Source: Octopus vulgaris
Lineage: Eukaryota
Length of the DNA stretch: 64,000 nt
Reading direction: 5' to 3'
Assembly (NCBI GenBank): GCA_951406725.2
Contig: OX597823.1
Span: 56,668,001-56,732,000 of the forward strand
The translations under genes were made by a program, and so were the position numbers. The first letter of the stretch is position 1. Each line of letters starts with the position of its first letter. Under the pieces are notes generated by a model. It was not told the origin of the DNA and ran no database searches. It saw nothing but the letters and a program-made list of their open reading frames with translations. Below are positions 15,281 to 27,893 of the stretch, piece by piece.

Positions 15281-17556
15281 TGATTGATTGATTGATTGAT
15301 TCTAGTTTCAGCTTATGAGCTGTGGCCATGCTGGGGCACCGCCATTTGGTGTTGCTACTTGGTTTCACTTCATGGAGGCTTTCTAGCAACTGCTATTTGG
15401 TGCATGAGAGAGTTCGATGCAGCTGCCCTCATCTGCCCCTCCTGCCGTGAAGTTGGTTCATCTGGGACACCTGACAGGAAGAGATCCAGCTGCATTTTAA
15501 AGACATCTGTATCCACCCCATGCAGGTCTCTCAGGTTCTTCGGGAGGATATTGAAGAGCTGTGGGCCTCGGAAGCCCAGGCTATCACAGAATCTTGTCCT
15601 ACATCTTGATGGCAGGTTTGGAGTCCTAGGCACCACGCAGTGGCGCCCAGTTCTGGCATTTGCGTAACTCTCGATGCCAAAGTTCAGGACACTTCCCTCC
15701 AGGATCTTCCAGATGTATATTATGGCATATCTTTCCCGCCTACGCTCCAGGGAATATAATTTTAATCTCTTGAGTCTTTCCCAGTAGCTTACATTCTGCA
15801 TAGAGGCTATCTTCTTTGTGTAGCTTCGTTGGATCGCCTCAAGTTCTGTGATCAACTTGACACTGGATGGTGACCATAGCTGAGAGCAATAGTCAAAGTG
15901 GCTTAGGACAAGTGTCTTCCAGAGGACCATCATGGTTTCTTGTTCTCTTGTTCTAAAGGTTCTAAGAATCCATCCAGCCAGCCGTCTACATTTCATTGTC
16001 AGTTTAGCAACATGTACATGAAAGGTCGCGTCATCACTCATGTGAATACCCAGGTCACGCACTGATTGTGCCTCTGGGATTGCAATCCCTCCGGGTCCAG
16101 TGTATTCATTGGGTATTGCATTCAGTTTTGTATGCTGATAGTATAAAGCTTGAAACTTTCCAGCATTGAACTGCATGCTATTCTTTTCAGCCCACTTGTA
16201 TATTTCGTCCAGCTCACATTGCAGGTGTTTAGTGTCCTCAGGGTTCTGTATTGCCTGTGAAACTTTTGTATCATCTGCATAACTTGTGATCGTGGCTCTC
16301 TGCGTGGCTGAGGGCATGTCTGAGAGGGCCATTATGAACAGTAGTGGTCCCAGAACAGTGCCCTGCGGAACACCGCTCACTATTTGTGTGTTAATGGAGG
16401 TGGCCCCATTGGCTACTACCACCTGACTTCTATCCTTCAGAAAGTCATGAAGCCATTCTCCCAGTTTTCCAACTATGTTGAGATCACGCAGTTTGTGACA
16501 TATCATTCCATGATCGACTTTATCAAAGGCCTTTGCAAAGTCGAGATATATCACTTCCACATTTGAGTGGTTGAGCAGCCGTTTCAGCACCCAGTCATAG
16601 TGTTGTAGGAGCTGAGTTAAACAGCTTCTCCCTGGTCGGAAACCATGTTGGGTGTCGGGCAGCAAGTCATTCTCTTCAAGGAAGGTGATCAGCTTCCTTC
16701 TGACTATTCGTTCCATGACCTTGCTGATGTGTGAGGTCAGAGAGATAGGTCTATAGTTCTTGGCTTCCGCTCTGCTACCTCCTTTATGAATGGGGCATAT
16801 TTTACCTTCCTTCAGTTTTCCTGGAAGTTTGCCAGCTGCAAGGAAGCTCTGAAAGAGGAACTGCAGTGGTCTTGCTAGGACTCTCTTACATGCTTTTAGG
16901 AGGATTGCCGGGAATCCATCGGGGCCAGTAGCTGAGTCTGTTTTCATTTCATCTATAGCCTTGGTTACATCGTCTTCCTTTATATCGATGTAATCTATCG
17001 TCGCCGCCTCTGATTTTATATCTGCAGTGGTAAAAAAGTCAGTTGGATTGGTGATTTGGAGATGCCCAAGGGGTGGAGTGAAAACACTCTTGAATTGCTC
17101 ATTCAGTATTTCACTTACCCTCATTGGTTTTCCTGTAAGTGTGCCATCCTTTTCGAGGAGTGGCCCTATTCTACAGTGCACTGTAGCTGTTTCTTTGGCA
17201 TACCTGTAGAAAGCTCTGGGGTTACATTTTATGTTTTCTATAGCCCAGGCTTCTTTGTCTGCTCTTTCTTTTTCATGGGAGAGTTACAGACATTTTTCGA
17301 TTTCCAACAGTTTTATTTTTAGGCGGGACTTTTCACTGCTTTCAATCTGTTTGTTTAGGCGATTTGAAAATTTCGTACGCCGTCTCATTAAAATTTTCCT
17401 CTCTCTGGGGATTTTGTTCTTGTGTACAGTGGCCTTTCTCTCTGGGACACATTTGTAGCATATGGCTTGCATTACAGACATGAATTGTTGAAGTTTCACG
17501 TCGATGTCTGGCGAGGAGAGACATTTAGGCCAGTTTTGTTTGAGGATCTTTCTCAA
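15281..17556 (-). mobile_element. 5'-truncated CR1-group LINE (Jockey-group, APE-type) with 3' UTR and (ATCA)n tail
   Basis: RT domain: ATGPDG, NYRPISLTS, QHGFRPGRSC, YLDFAKAFDKV, GVPQGTVLGPLLF, YADD, RDLG, LKLYSLERRRER. Short 3' UTR followed by (ATCA)n at 15281-15300. Confidence 0.95.
15370..17556 (-). pseudogene. LINE ORF2 reverse transcriptase, about 729 codons with one in-frame stop
   Basis: ORFs 17284-17556 and 15370-17181 share a frame. They are joined by LSHEKERADKEAWAIENIKCNPRAFYRYAK after a single TAA at 17284-17286. The endonuclease domain is missing. Confidence 0.9.
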
Positions 17557-17623
17557 TTTGTTTCCATCATATATATATTATACACACACATATAAATATA
17601 CAAAAATATGAGTGTGTATATGA

Positions 17624-17720
<97 letters not shown>

Positions 17721-17770
17721 TATATAACTACATTGTATGTAAATATGCATAAGTATGGTAGTAGGTGAGA

Positions 17771-18087
17771 GCACTCCGACCGTTACGACGACGAGTGTCT
17801 CAACTGATAGATCAACGGAACAGCTTAACGGAAATTAACGTGCAAATGGCTGAGCCCTCCACAGACATGTGTACCCTTAACGTATTTATCAGGGAGCTTC
17901 AGCGTGACACAATGTGGCAAGGCTGGCCTTTTGAAATATACTAATCATTTTTGCCAGCTGAGTGGATTGGAGCAACGTGAAACAACAAAGTGTCTTGCTC
18001 AAGGACACAACGCGTCGCCGGAAATTGAACTCACGGCGTTTACGATCGTGAGCCGAATGCCCTAACCACTAAACCACGCGCCTTCAC
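17771..18087 (-). mobile_element. tRNA-derived SINE family B
   Basis: Reverse complement of the 20072-20401 copy, with A and B boxes and the gtgtccttgagcaagacac central motif. Confidence 0.85.
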
Positions 18088-18959
18088 ATAAGTGTGAGCG
18101 TGTATATGAATATACATACATACATACATACGTACGTACATACATACATACATACATACATACACACATACATATATCTCTCTATATATATAGACACATA
18201 CATACATATATACATATATGCATACATAATTATACATTTGTACTGAGAGGGACTGTAATCGCCCGAAAGCACCGGTCGAGAATTCCCTGCACTGTTCGGT
18301 CAGTTTCGGCTAATACCGTAGCCTTAACAGTAGGGACCGTTCCGCTCGGCTGTCAGTATATATGTATACAATTATGTACTGTAACTGCAACATTACAGCA
18401 TTAGAGTTTTTTTGGCGCTTATTTCTAGCAATGTGTGTGTTCTAACACTCTAGATATATATATATAGATGGAATATACGAAAATTAATTATTAATTACGA
18501 CAACTGTTTCGAAACATTTAGCATCGATCCCTTACGAGTGGAACACATGACAACTGATCCAGGAGTATCCGGCGGTACAGATGTGTCTCATCGGGTGATA
18601 AATCGATGCAACTCTTTAAAATAACAGTTCTGCAATGTGTTTTCGCATATCCTAGAAAGAAAAGCAGCAAACGAAGAAAATATCTTCGTTTATATATATA
18701 TATTAGATAAAATACACACGTACATACTCCATATCACATAAATAATGAATTTATTAGATATATATATATATACACCAGGCGTATTCATATGTATATATAT
18801 TATATATAATACATATATATAATATGTATTATATATAATATATATCATCTCCTAATATAATAATGAGCGTAATGTTTTTATATATGTGTATATATATATA
18901 TATTGCCCTAGCATGGCCGCGGCCTTCGGGCTAAAACATTTTAAAGGATTTTAAGGATT

Positions 18960-19114
<155 letters not shown>

Positions 19115-19680
19115 GTAGGAGAAAGAGTAGTATAAGGGAAGGGAGAGGAGAAAAAATAGTCATTCAGTGAAGGAGAAGTAGTGAGAGTAATTGCCCTGAC
19201 TGAGAGAATGTGAGAGAAAGTAATAGCAATGAGAGAAAGGAAGTGGCAAAGAGTGCATCATGTATCTTCTATTTTTTTCCGTCACACCATATGAATGAGA
19301 AAGGAAGGGGTGATAGATGAATATGGAAGGGTGAAAAAATCAGTTTCAACTCTTTGTGAGTATGTCTGAGTGTATGTAAAAGGGAGGTATGTGAATGTTT
19401 GCGTGAGTGTGTATGTGTGTGTATGTGTGTGTGTGTGTGTGCGTGTGCGTGTGTGTGTGCAATGGAAATGGGACGGTGAACGTTCAGCGCTGAAACAAAA
19501 AAATCAAGCAGCATTTCAACTCTGAATATATGTGTGTATGAGTGTGCATGTGCAAAGGAAGTATGTGATTGTTTGTATCTGTGATTATTATGTACCTTAT
19601 TATTTGTACCTTATTTATATATAAAATACTACAATTAGAAGTCTTTTTTGACGGTGCAGAGTCAGTTCGTACACACACAC

Positions 19681-19747
<67 letters not shown>

Positions 19748-20071
19748 ATAATAATAATCTGCACTTAAAAAAATAGGCCTACCTTCAGGATGGAATTTGA
19801 AGATACCCCAATATCAATTGATTTCATGCTATGCATGAGAAAACATGCTTTGCAATCTTCAGTTGGAGATAGCCACATCTATTTCCAAAATATTCACTAC
19901 GTCAACTCGTGTGCTGCCTTTCGAACTTTAAACATCCCACTCCGTTTAAAGAGAAAACTATCGTAAACAATTAAAAAGTAACTATATGAAAGCATTATTG
20001 CTGTTAAAGACATCAATAATGAGGCGGTTAGCAAGACTTCTACATTAATAGGTATAATATTAAATATTTGA

Positions 20072-20401
20072 GTGAGGGCGCGTGGCTTAGTGGTTAGGGC
20101 ATTCGGCTCATGATCGTAAGGTTGTGAGTTCGATTCCCGGCGACGCGTTGTGTCCTTGAGCAAGACACTTTATTTCACGTTGCTCCAGTCCACTCAGCTG
20201 GCAAAAATGAGTTGTACTTGTATTTCAAAGGGTCAGCCTTGTCACTCTCTGTGTCACGCTGATTATCCCCGAGAACTACGTTAAGGGTACACGTGTCTGT
20301 GGAATGCTCAGCCATTTGCACGTTAATTTCACGAGCAAGCTGTTCCGTTGATCGTATCAGCTGGGACCCTCGTCGTCGTAACCGGCGGAGTCTTTGGGGG
20401 G
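20072..20401 (+). mobile_element. tRNA-derived SINE family B, full length, with 13-bp TSD
   Basis: GGCGCG-TGGCTTAGTGG (A box) ... GAGTTCGATTCCC (B box); CORE-like gtgtccttgagcaagacac. TSD attaaatatttga at 20059-20071 and 20402-20414. Confidence 0.92.
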
Positions 20402-20797
20402 ATTAAATATTTGAATAAAAGAAGAGTAAAAACTATCTTCAAATTCCATCCTGAAGGTAGGCGTATTTTTTCAAAGTGTTCATTGCGTTGCTCGTGTGTC
20501 TGTTTATCGTAGGATTGGTGGTTTTTGAAGCTTTCGATTTCATCTTTGGCAAACGGTATTTTTACCCTTCTTTTATTCAAATATCTAATATTATACCAAA
20601 TAGTTAAACCATTTCTCTTGGAAAGGGACAGTGGGGTCGGCTCTGGCTTGGATTTTGGAATGCCTGCGTTCATGTGTTGTCGCTAATGACGAGGCATTTA
20701 GTGTGACCCCCACTTGAAATAAAGGGAATTAGTCTTTATTGCTGTTTTTAACAGCAATTATGATTTCACACACACAGAGACACACTCACACACACAT

Positions 20798-20830
<33 letters not shown>

Positions 20831-21303
20831 TATATCCGTGCGTCTTTGTGTTTGTATTCGTCCACAACCATCGCTTGAGAACCGGTGTTAGTGGGTTTAC
20901 ATCCCTGAAAATTAGCAGTTCTGCAAAAGGGACCGATATAGTAAGTACCAGGCTTAAAAAGAAGAGAGTAACTACTGGGGTCGATTCATGCGATTAAAAA
21001 TCCAAGGCGGTGCTGAAGCATGGCCGCAGTCTAATGTCTGAATGTCTAAAACAGATAAAATATAGATTGTTAGTTTTGTTTCCACTTATTTTCTTTTGTA
21101 GAAACCTATGGTTTCCACAAGTTATTTATGGCACCAAACTTCAGATTTTTTCAACCTCATCATTACAGCTGGGAAGATATACGATGTTGAAAGCATTCCA
21201 AGACGATGCTAAGATAAATACGGAAGAATTATAGCTAAAAACTACAGGTAACAATGAATTAGGCTATTTGTGTGTGTGTGTGTGTGTGTGTGTGCGCGTA
21301 TAT

Positions 21304-21362
<59 letters not shown>

Positions 21363-21379
21363 GATACATAGATACATAC

Positions 21380-21453
<74 letters not shown>

Positions 21454-22190
21454 TGCTCGCTTAGCCAGCGGGGTGGAATCATTTGAAGGCTAAAACAATG
21501 CGAAGCTCATTGTGAGCAGCGATGTCTAACGACATCTGATTGCCTGGTCGGTCATGTGATATATATATATATATATATATGTTTGTATATAAATGTCAGA
21601 AATAGTTTTGATATTTCTCTGACGCTAGTCATTCCTACAAACAGTATTGTAAATACTTTTAGCCACAAAAAGTGAGGTACATATGACGGCATTCCTGGTC
21701 GGCTACTGGTACCTGCTGTGTTATGGCTTCCAGGGATATTTGACACAATCAATATTTTCGGTCATATTCCTGGACTTTAAAAGCTTCATCGACTTCTTTG
21801 TTCAACAGGTTTTTCGTAGCAATCACTTATTTTTCAATTTTGAAAGTATAACCATCGAAAGGTCAGATAATAGAAAGACCGTGAGTTTAAGTAACGCTAC
21901 ATTTCCAGCCAATTTTGACAAAACTCAATTTTCTGCGCAATATGTCTAAGCATAGTGTTTTGTTTGTATGTAGAATATTTTCTCTCCATAATTTTGTCGA
22001 AATACTTTTGTACAGCATTCCTCGAACATCTTTGAAACAAACTTTTCGAAGATTTTTATCACACTTTTATGTACTTATATGTTTTTGCTGCTTTTGTTTA
22101 GAAATTTAGAATTCTTTGCTGGAATTGTCTTCAATTTATTCCACCGTTTGTACTCTCGAAACAGCGTCTGTATGTACATATCACCTTTCT

Positions 22191-22425
22191 TATTTCTTTA
22201 TTGCCCATAAGGGGTTAAACATAGAGGGGACAAACAAAGACAGACAAAGGGATTAAGGCGACTACATCGACCCCAGTGCGTAACTGGTACTTAATGTATC
22301 GACCTCGAAAGGATGAAAGGCAAAGTCGGCCTCGGCGGAATTTGAACTCAGAACGTAACGGCAGACGAAATACGGCTACGCATTTCGCCCGGCGTGCTAA
22401 CGTTTCTGCCAGCTCGCCGCCTTAA
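22191..22425 (-). mobile_element. tRNA-derived SINE family C (Meta/MESC-like central domain), tail type 1, with 22-bp TSD
   Basis: Sense strand: ggcgagctggcagaaacgttag...gagttcaaattcc...gcctttcatcctttcgaggtcgata...ccctctatgtttaaccccttatgggcaataaagaaata. TSD tgtatgtacatatcacctttct at 22169-22190 and 22430-22451. Confidence 0.9.
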
Positions 22426-22504
22426 TGTATGTATGTACATATCACCTTTCTGTGAAAGTTTCTAGTTTATGTCAGAATTTTGCACGTTTTAATATTACTC
22501 CCTG

Positions 22505-22955
22505 CAAGACGGTGAGCAGGCAGAATCGTTAGTGTGCTGGGCAAATTGCTCAGCGCCAGTTCGTTCGTCTTTACGTTCTGAGTTCAAATTCTACCGAGGG
22601 CAACTTCGCCTTTCATCCTTTCAGGGTCAATAAAGCAAGCACCAGTTGAGTATTTGAATCGATCTAATCGACTTATACCATCCCCCGAAATTGTTGACCT
22701 TGTGCCAAAATTTGAAACCAATATTACTTCCTGTAAGGCGGCGGGCTGGCAGATTTGTTAGCACGCTGGGCAAAATGTTTAGCGGCATTTCGCCAGTCTT
22801 TACGTTCTGCGTTCAAATTCCGCCGAGAGTGACTTTATATCTAATCCTTTCGGGGTCGATAAAATAAGTATCAGTTGAAAACTGAGGTCGGTGTAATCGA
22901 CAACATCCTTCCACTTAAAATTTTCGGAGCTTGTGCCTACAGTAGAAAGGAATAT
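22505..22955 (+). mobile_element. Two older SINE C copies with alternative tails
   Basis: Same head and body as SINE C. Tails end ...ttgtgccaaaatttgaaacc and ...ttgtgcctacagtagaaagg. Confidence 0.8.
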
Positions 22956-23886
22956 TACTTTCCGTCGCATATTTTCTCTGTGGTTAGGTTAAGTATTCCA
23001 GAGAATATCAAATTTATTACAGGAAAGTTTCTACATGTTTCCAAAGTTTGGTGTAGAAACCTACGAAAATTCGATGATTAGATATTCTACTTTTGAATGA
23101 TATATTTTTTTTTACTAATCAATTTTTAAAGTTGTCTCTACAGATATTCGATAGAAATTAGAGCCAGCACTGAAAGTTACGACGTTACTATAAGAATACG
23201 TCTATGTACACAATGCGAACGAAATAGTATTGACTTATAATGTAAACAATACAATCGACACAGTATGTAAACAATACGATCGCATTATGCAAACAATGAC
23301 GTTTTATATTCTTTGACGTTTAATATACTTTGTTGTATATATTTATGGTTGTATAACGAAATACGTTGCCCCTACCTGCAATAATGTTTTCCTAAATGTA
23401 TAGATATTTGTAGTACTAATTCTGTGGATCATGCGTGGTGGAGAGACTACAACTGAGGATAGTTTTCGTTTGGATAGCAGATTCCCAACCTTAAACTGCC
23501 AAGTATGAATATTTCATTTACTCAAAACCTTTCTCTATATCAGGTGAAAATATTGTCATTTACCACAGTTGTTTCAGTGTAGGTTATTTCGCTGTAGATA
23601 TTTATCAAAAGTAAAAAGAGGCATATCAGAGTCTCTTACTGGCATATACCTCTATATATACATTGTAGATTGCAAAGAAAGAAACTGTGGGTTACAAAGT
23701 ATCTTTTGCTCGTATAGACATAATGCATTTAGCCACAACTTTTTTGTAAAAAATAACAGTCGATTTCGTTAGATTAAATAGGAATATTTCCGTTGGTCGA
23801 GGTAATTCTTCAGCTTTCAGCAACAATGATGGAGGATATTTACTGTATTTGTGCCTCTCAGTCAGCACATCTCATTGCCTAACTGC

Positions 23887-23987
<101 letters not shown>

Positions 23988-23994
23988 GATACGA

Positions 23995-24263
23995 AAACCC
24001 GGAAAAAATTTAAAACAGAGTTACTTACTTGCAAAATAAATGTGTTAATATGTGACATTATTGACCGAGGTTACCATGGTTTTTCCGTAGGCTTTTCTTT
24101 CCACGAATAAACCTTATCTGTTTCTCCCTTTACAATTTACATCATGACATTTCTGTGATACATGATCCCTATTGATAATTTTTTTAACGATCCCTTCTGA
24201 TCGAAAACTTACGCCACCATTTTTTCTCCTCTGTGTTCAGCCCTGTGTGGCTAATAAAGAAAC
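23995..24263 (+). mobile_element. 3' UTR-only copy of the L1/Tx1 LINE found at 26588-27595
   Basis: aacccggaaaaaatttaaaacagag...tgttcagccctgtgtggctaataaagaaac closely matches 27266-27595. Confidence 0.9.
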
Positions 24264-24270
24264 ACATCGA

Positions 24271-24595
24271 TACGAGGGTCGGTTGAAAAGTTCATAGGCA
24301 AACTAAGATACTCACATGAATTGTGACCAAGTGAGGTTTATTTTTCAAGAAAGTCTTCCTTGCGGTCCACACGCTTCTTCCGTCGGTTTTGCAGTACTTT
24401 GGTCTCATTGGTGAATAGGCTTTTATCTAGTTGGCCAAAAAATTCAACAGCAGATATGACGTCTCATCACTGCGGTACTGATTCCCAGCCAAGTGTTTTT
24501 TCATGTTAGGGAACAGATGATAGTCAGATGGGGCCAAACCAGGAGGATTGGGACCATGATCAACCAGTTCAAAGCCACGGTCACCCACAGCAGCC
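24271..24595 (-). pseudogene. Mariner transposase 3' relic with TIR
   Basis: TA-CGAGGG TIR start. The minus strand encodes NPPGLAPSDYHLFPNMKK and a degenerate RWKKCVD..G-like C-terminus. Confidence 0.75.
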
Positions 24596-24987
24596 GGAGC
24601 ACTGCCTTGTACGAAACGACCGACCCCGGTACTTATTCTATTGGTACCTTTTGCAGAATCGCTAAGTTACAGGGACGTCAACATACCAACACCAGCTGCC
24701 AGGTGGTGGTGCTGGGAAAATACACACACACACATGCACACACACACACACACACACGCGCACACACACGCACACACACACACACACACACACTAACAAA
24801 CAAATATATGCGACGGGCTTCATTCAGTTTCCATCTAACAAATCCACTCAGAAGGCTTTGGTCCACCAGAGGCTATCGTAGAAAACAAGACACTTGTCCA
24901 AGGTGCCATTCTGTGGGACTGAACCCACAACCATGTTGTTGGAAAGCAAATTCCTTACCACACAGCCATGTATATATGTATACACTA

Positions 24988-25376
<389 letters not shown>

Positions 25377-26126
25377 TTACCCACTTTCCTTTTTTTCCAC
25401 ACCTATCCATTTCTCGTACTAGCTGTAAAACACTCTCTTCTCGAATTTCTTTTGACTTCATAAACCATATTATACTATACTGTACCATACAACACAAACT
25501 AGTTGAGATTTGGTTTTTACAGACAGACAGTCTCCCTTTTTTTCTATTGCGTAGGTCGGGAATCTATTGTGTATACCTGACCGCCATCAAGAAATCGAGA
25601 AAACCTACCTCCTGGTGAGATTTCATTATCAGAGTAGAAGTCTCTAGACTTTAAAATGTTTAGCAGAATAATACGGTCAATAAGAAATGCTAAAAAGTAC
25701 ATTTGAACAACCATCTATTTGCTTCTTTTGGTTTGGTGTTGCAAATAGCATTACCGTAAAGTCAATACCTACATTTTGACAGTTTCACATTCACTTTCAC
25801 ATTCAAATAAGATATCGTAAGTCGACACATTTCTCAGTTTTACCATCGTTTCGTAACTAGCTAAGTGGTTTGTGTGTGTACGTACATACACACATAATAT
25901 ATATATATATACACACACACATATGTGTATATGTATATGTGTATGTATATATATATATATACATACATATATATGCATATATGCGTATATATATGTGTAT
26001 ATAAATATACGTATATATACAGGTATATATGTATTATATATATACACACACATAAATACATATACATATATATATATATACACACACAAACTGATATAGT
26101 AACACATATGCACATATGTATTTAAC

Positions 26127-26165
<39 letters not shown>

Positions 26166-26587
26166 TGTGTGTGTGCCCGTGTGTATAACAATGTAGAGTT
26201 TCGAAAATGAAATAGAATAGTGAATGCTTTCTTATAATAATGTCTAACATTAGCTGTTAAACCAGCAATTTTCTTTTCTTGTTTGAAATTTGGAATGAAG
26301 TTGGTATATCTTGGTATGTCAGACGCTTATGTTGGATCCAAGTTCAACGTATTTAAGCAGGCTGGCAAAGACTCAACAACATACGCTTGGTTAAGGCCAG
26401 ATTTCGATGTTATAGAGAGATGTTTATTTAGGAGAAGAATGCACTGCGAACTCCCTATTATATTCAATTTAGCACATAAAAAAAAGAAGAGTAAAAATGC
26501 AAAGCACATTGTGTTTCGATTACTATATTCTCTGTTCATGACGAAACCAACATTTTCTGTACAAATGCGCAATGTTTATATTAAAAT

Positions 26588-27595
26588 TCTCAAGCAACTC
26601 TGCCGTCCCGCCTCGACCTTGAGCGACTTCGACACAACCAAAGCATTCTATAGGGGATTAGTGGAGGGGAGGTACAACGACAAGCTCGGGGCGAACCTGG
26701 ACGTCGACGAGGAATACCTGACCCGACTGTTCAAGACGAATTTCGGGCCGGGACCTACGGACAACTTCCAGAGATCCCTGGTCTGGCAGTGCTACCGAGA
26801 AGCGCTACCCGTTCGGGATTAGCTCTATAGACACGGCTCGAGAAACACGGGGCCGACCTGCCCGAAATGCGGTCAGAGCGACGAAACCGTTCTGCACGCA
26901 CTCGTGCAGTGTACAACAATTTCCGACCTGTGGGCTTATGTCGAACGACTGCTGTCACGTGTGAGATGAGTCAGTTTATCAGCCGAGTCTATCGTCACGC
27001 CTCCTTCCTACAAACGGGATGGAAGAGCTATTTTCATCATCCTTGTGGCTATGGCGAAATAATGTATCTGGTGGACGCGTCTAAAAGGATTGGAGACAAG
27101 CACTTTCCTCTTTGGTCAATCTCTCATCAACTTCAAGTATTACTAGAAAAGGAAAGTGGGAGTAGAGAGGCAGGTTTTGTCTAGCGAATGTTTCAAAAAA
27201 AGATGGGTGAATATAGCAAGGACGGCACGTAGGAATGACGAAGCCACCTTCAGCATAATCCTATGAACCCGGAAAAATTTAAAACAGAGAGTTACTTACT
27301 TGCAAATAAATGTGTTAACATATTACATTATTGACCGAGGTTACCGTGGTCTTTTCCGTAGGCTTTTCTTTGCACGGATAAATATTATCTGTTTCCCCTT
27401 TACATTTTACATCATGACATTTCTGTGACACACGATCCCTATTGATGGTTTTTTTCTTACTATTTTTTACGATCCCTTTTGATCGAAAACCTACGCCCCT
27501 TTTTTCTTTTTTTCTTTTTTTCTCCTCGAAAAGAAAAGCTCTACTTTGTAATTTGTCCCCTCTACGTTCAGCCCTGTGTGGCTAATAAAGAAACA
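26588..27595 (+). mobile_element. 5'-truncated L1/Tx1-clade LINE (ORF2 C-terminal zinc finger plus 3' UTR)
   Basis: ALPVRD*LYRHG...CPKCGQSDETVLHALVQC...LWAYVE...AMAK*CIWWTR...FKKRW matches the zf-RVT region of L1/Tx1 ORF2. Several stops; 3' UTR at 27266-27595. Confidence 0.88.
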
Positions 27596-27769
27596 TATCT
27601 ATCTGCCTGCCTGCCTGTCTGTTTGTTTGTATGTCTATCTTTCTGAACAAATTCGGTTTACAGCTATTTCCAGTAGTCATTATATGTATTTTGTCCGGGT
27701 TGATAATCCCTCACTATTAGCTCTCTCCCTCTCTCTCTCTCACCCTCCCAACTCTGTCTGTCTGTCTGC

Positions 27770-27844
<75 letters not shown>

Positions 27845-27893
27845 ATATACATAGATACACACACTGAAGCAGAAACAGAAGACAAAACGTCTT

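Noticed and set aside
20072-20160. tRNA genes here and at 4630-4700, 28200-28275, 42036-42110 and 58610-58680
   Set aside because: A and B boxes are present, but they continue into SINE bodies and lack a proper acceptor stem, so they are SINE heads.
26283-26587. N-terminal part of the 179-aa ORF as a host gene
   Set aside because: Chance open frame fused to the Tx1 fragment; only the part after about 26588 has recognisable similarity.
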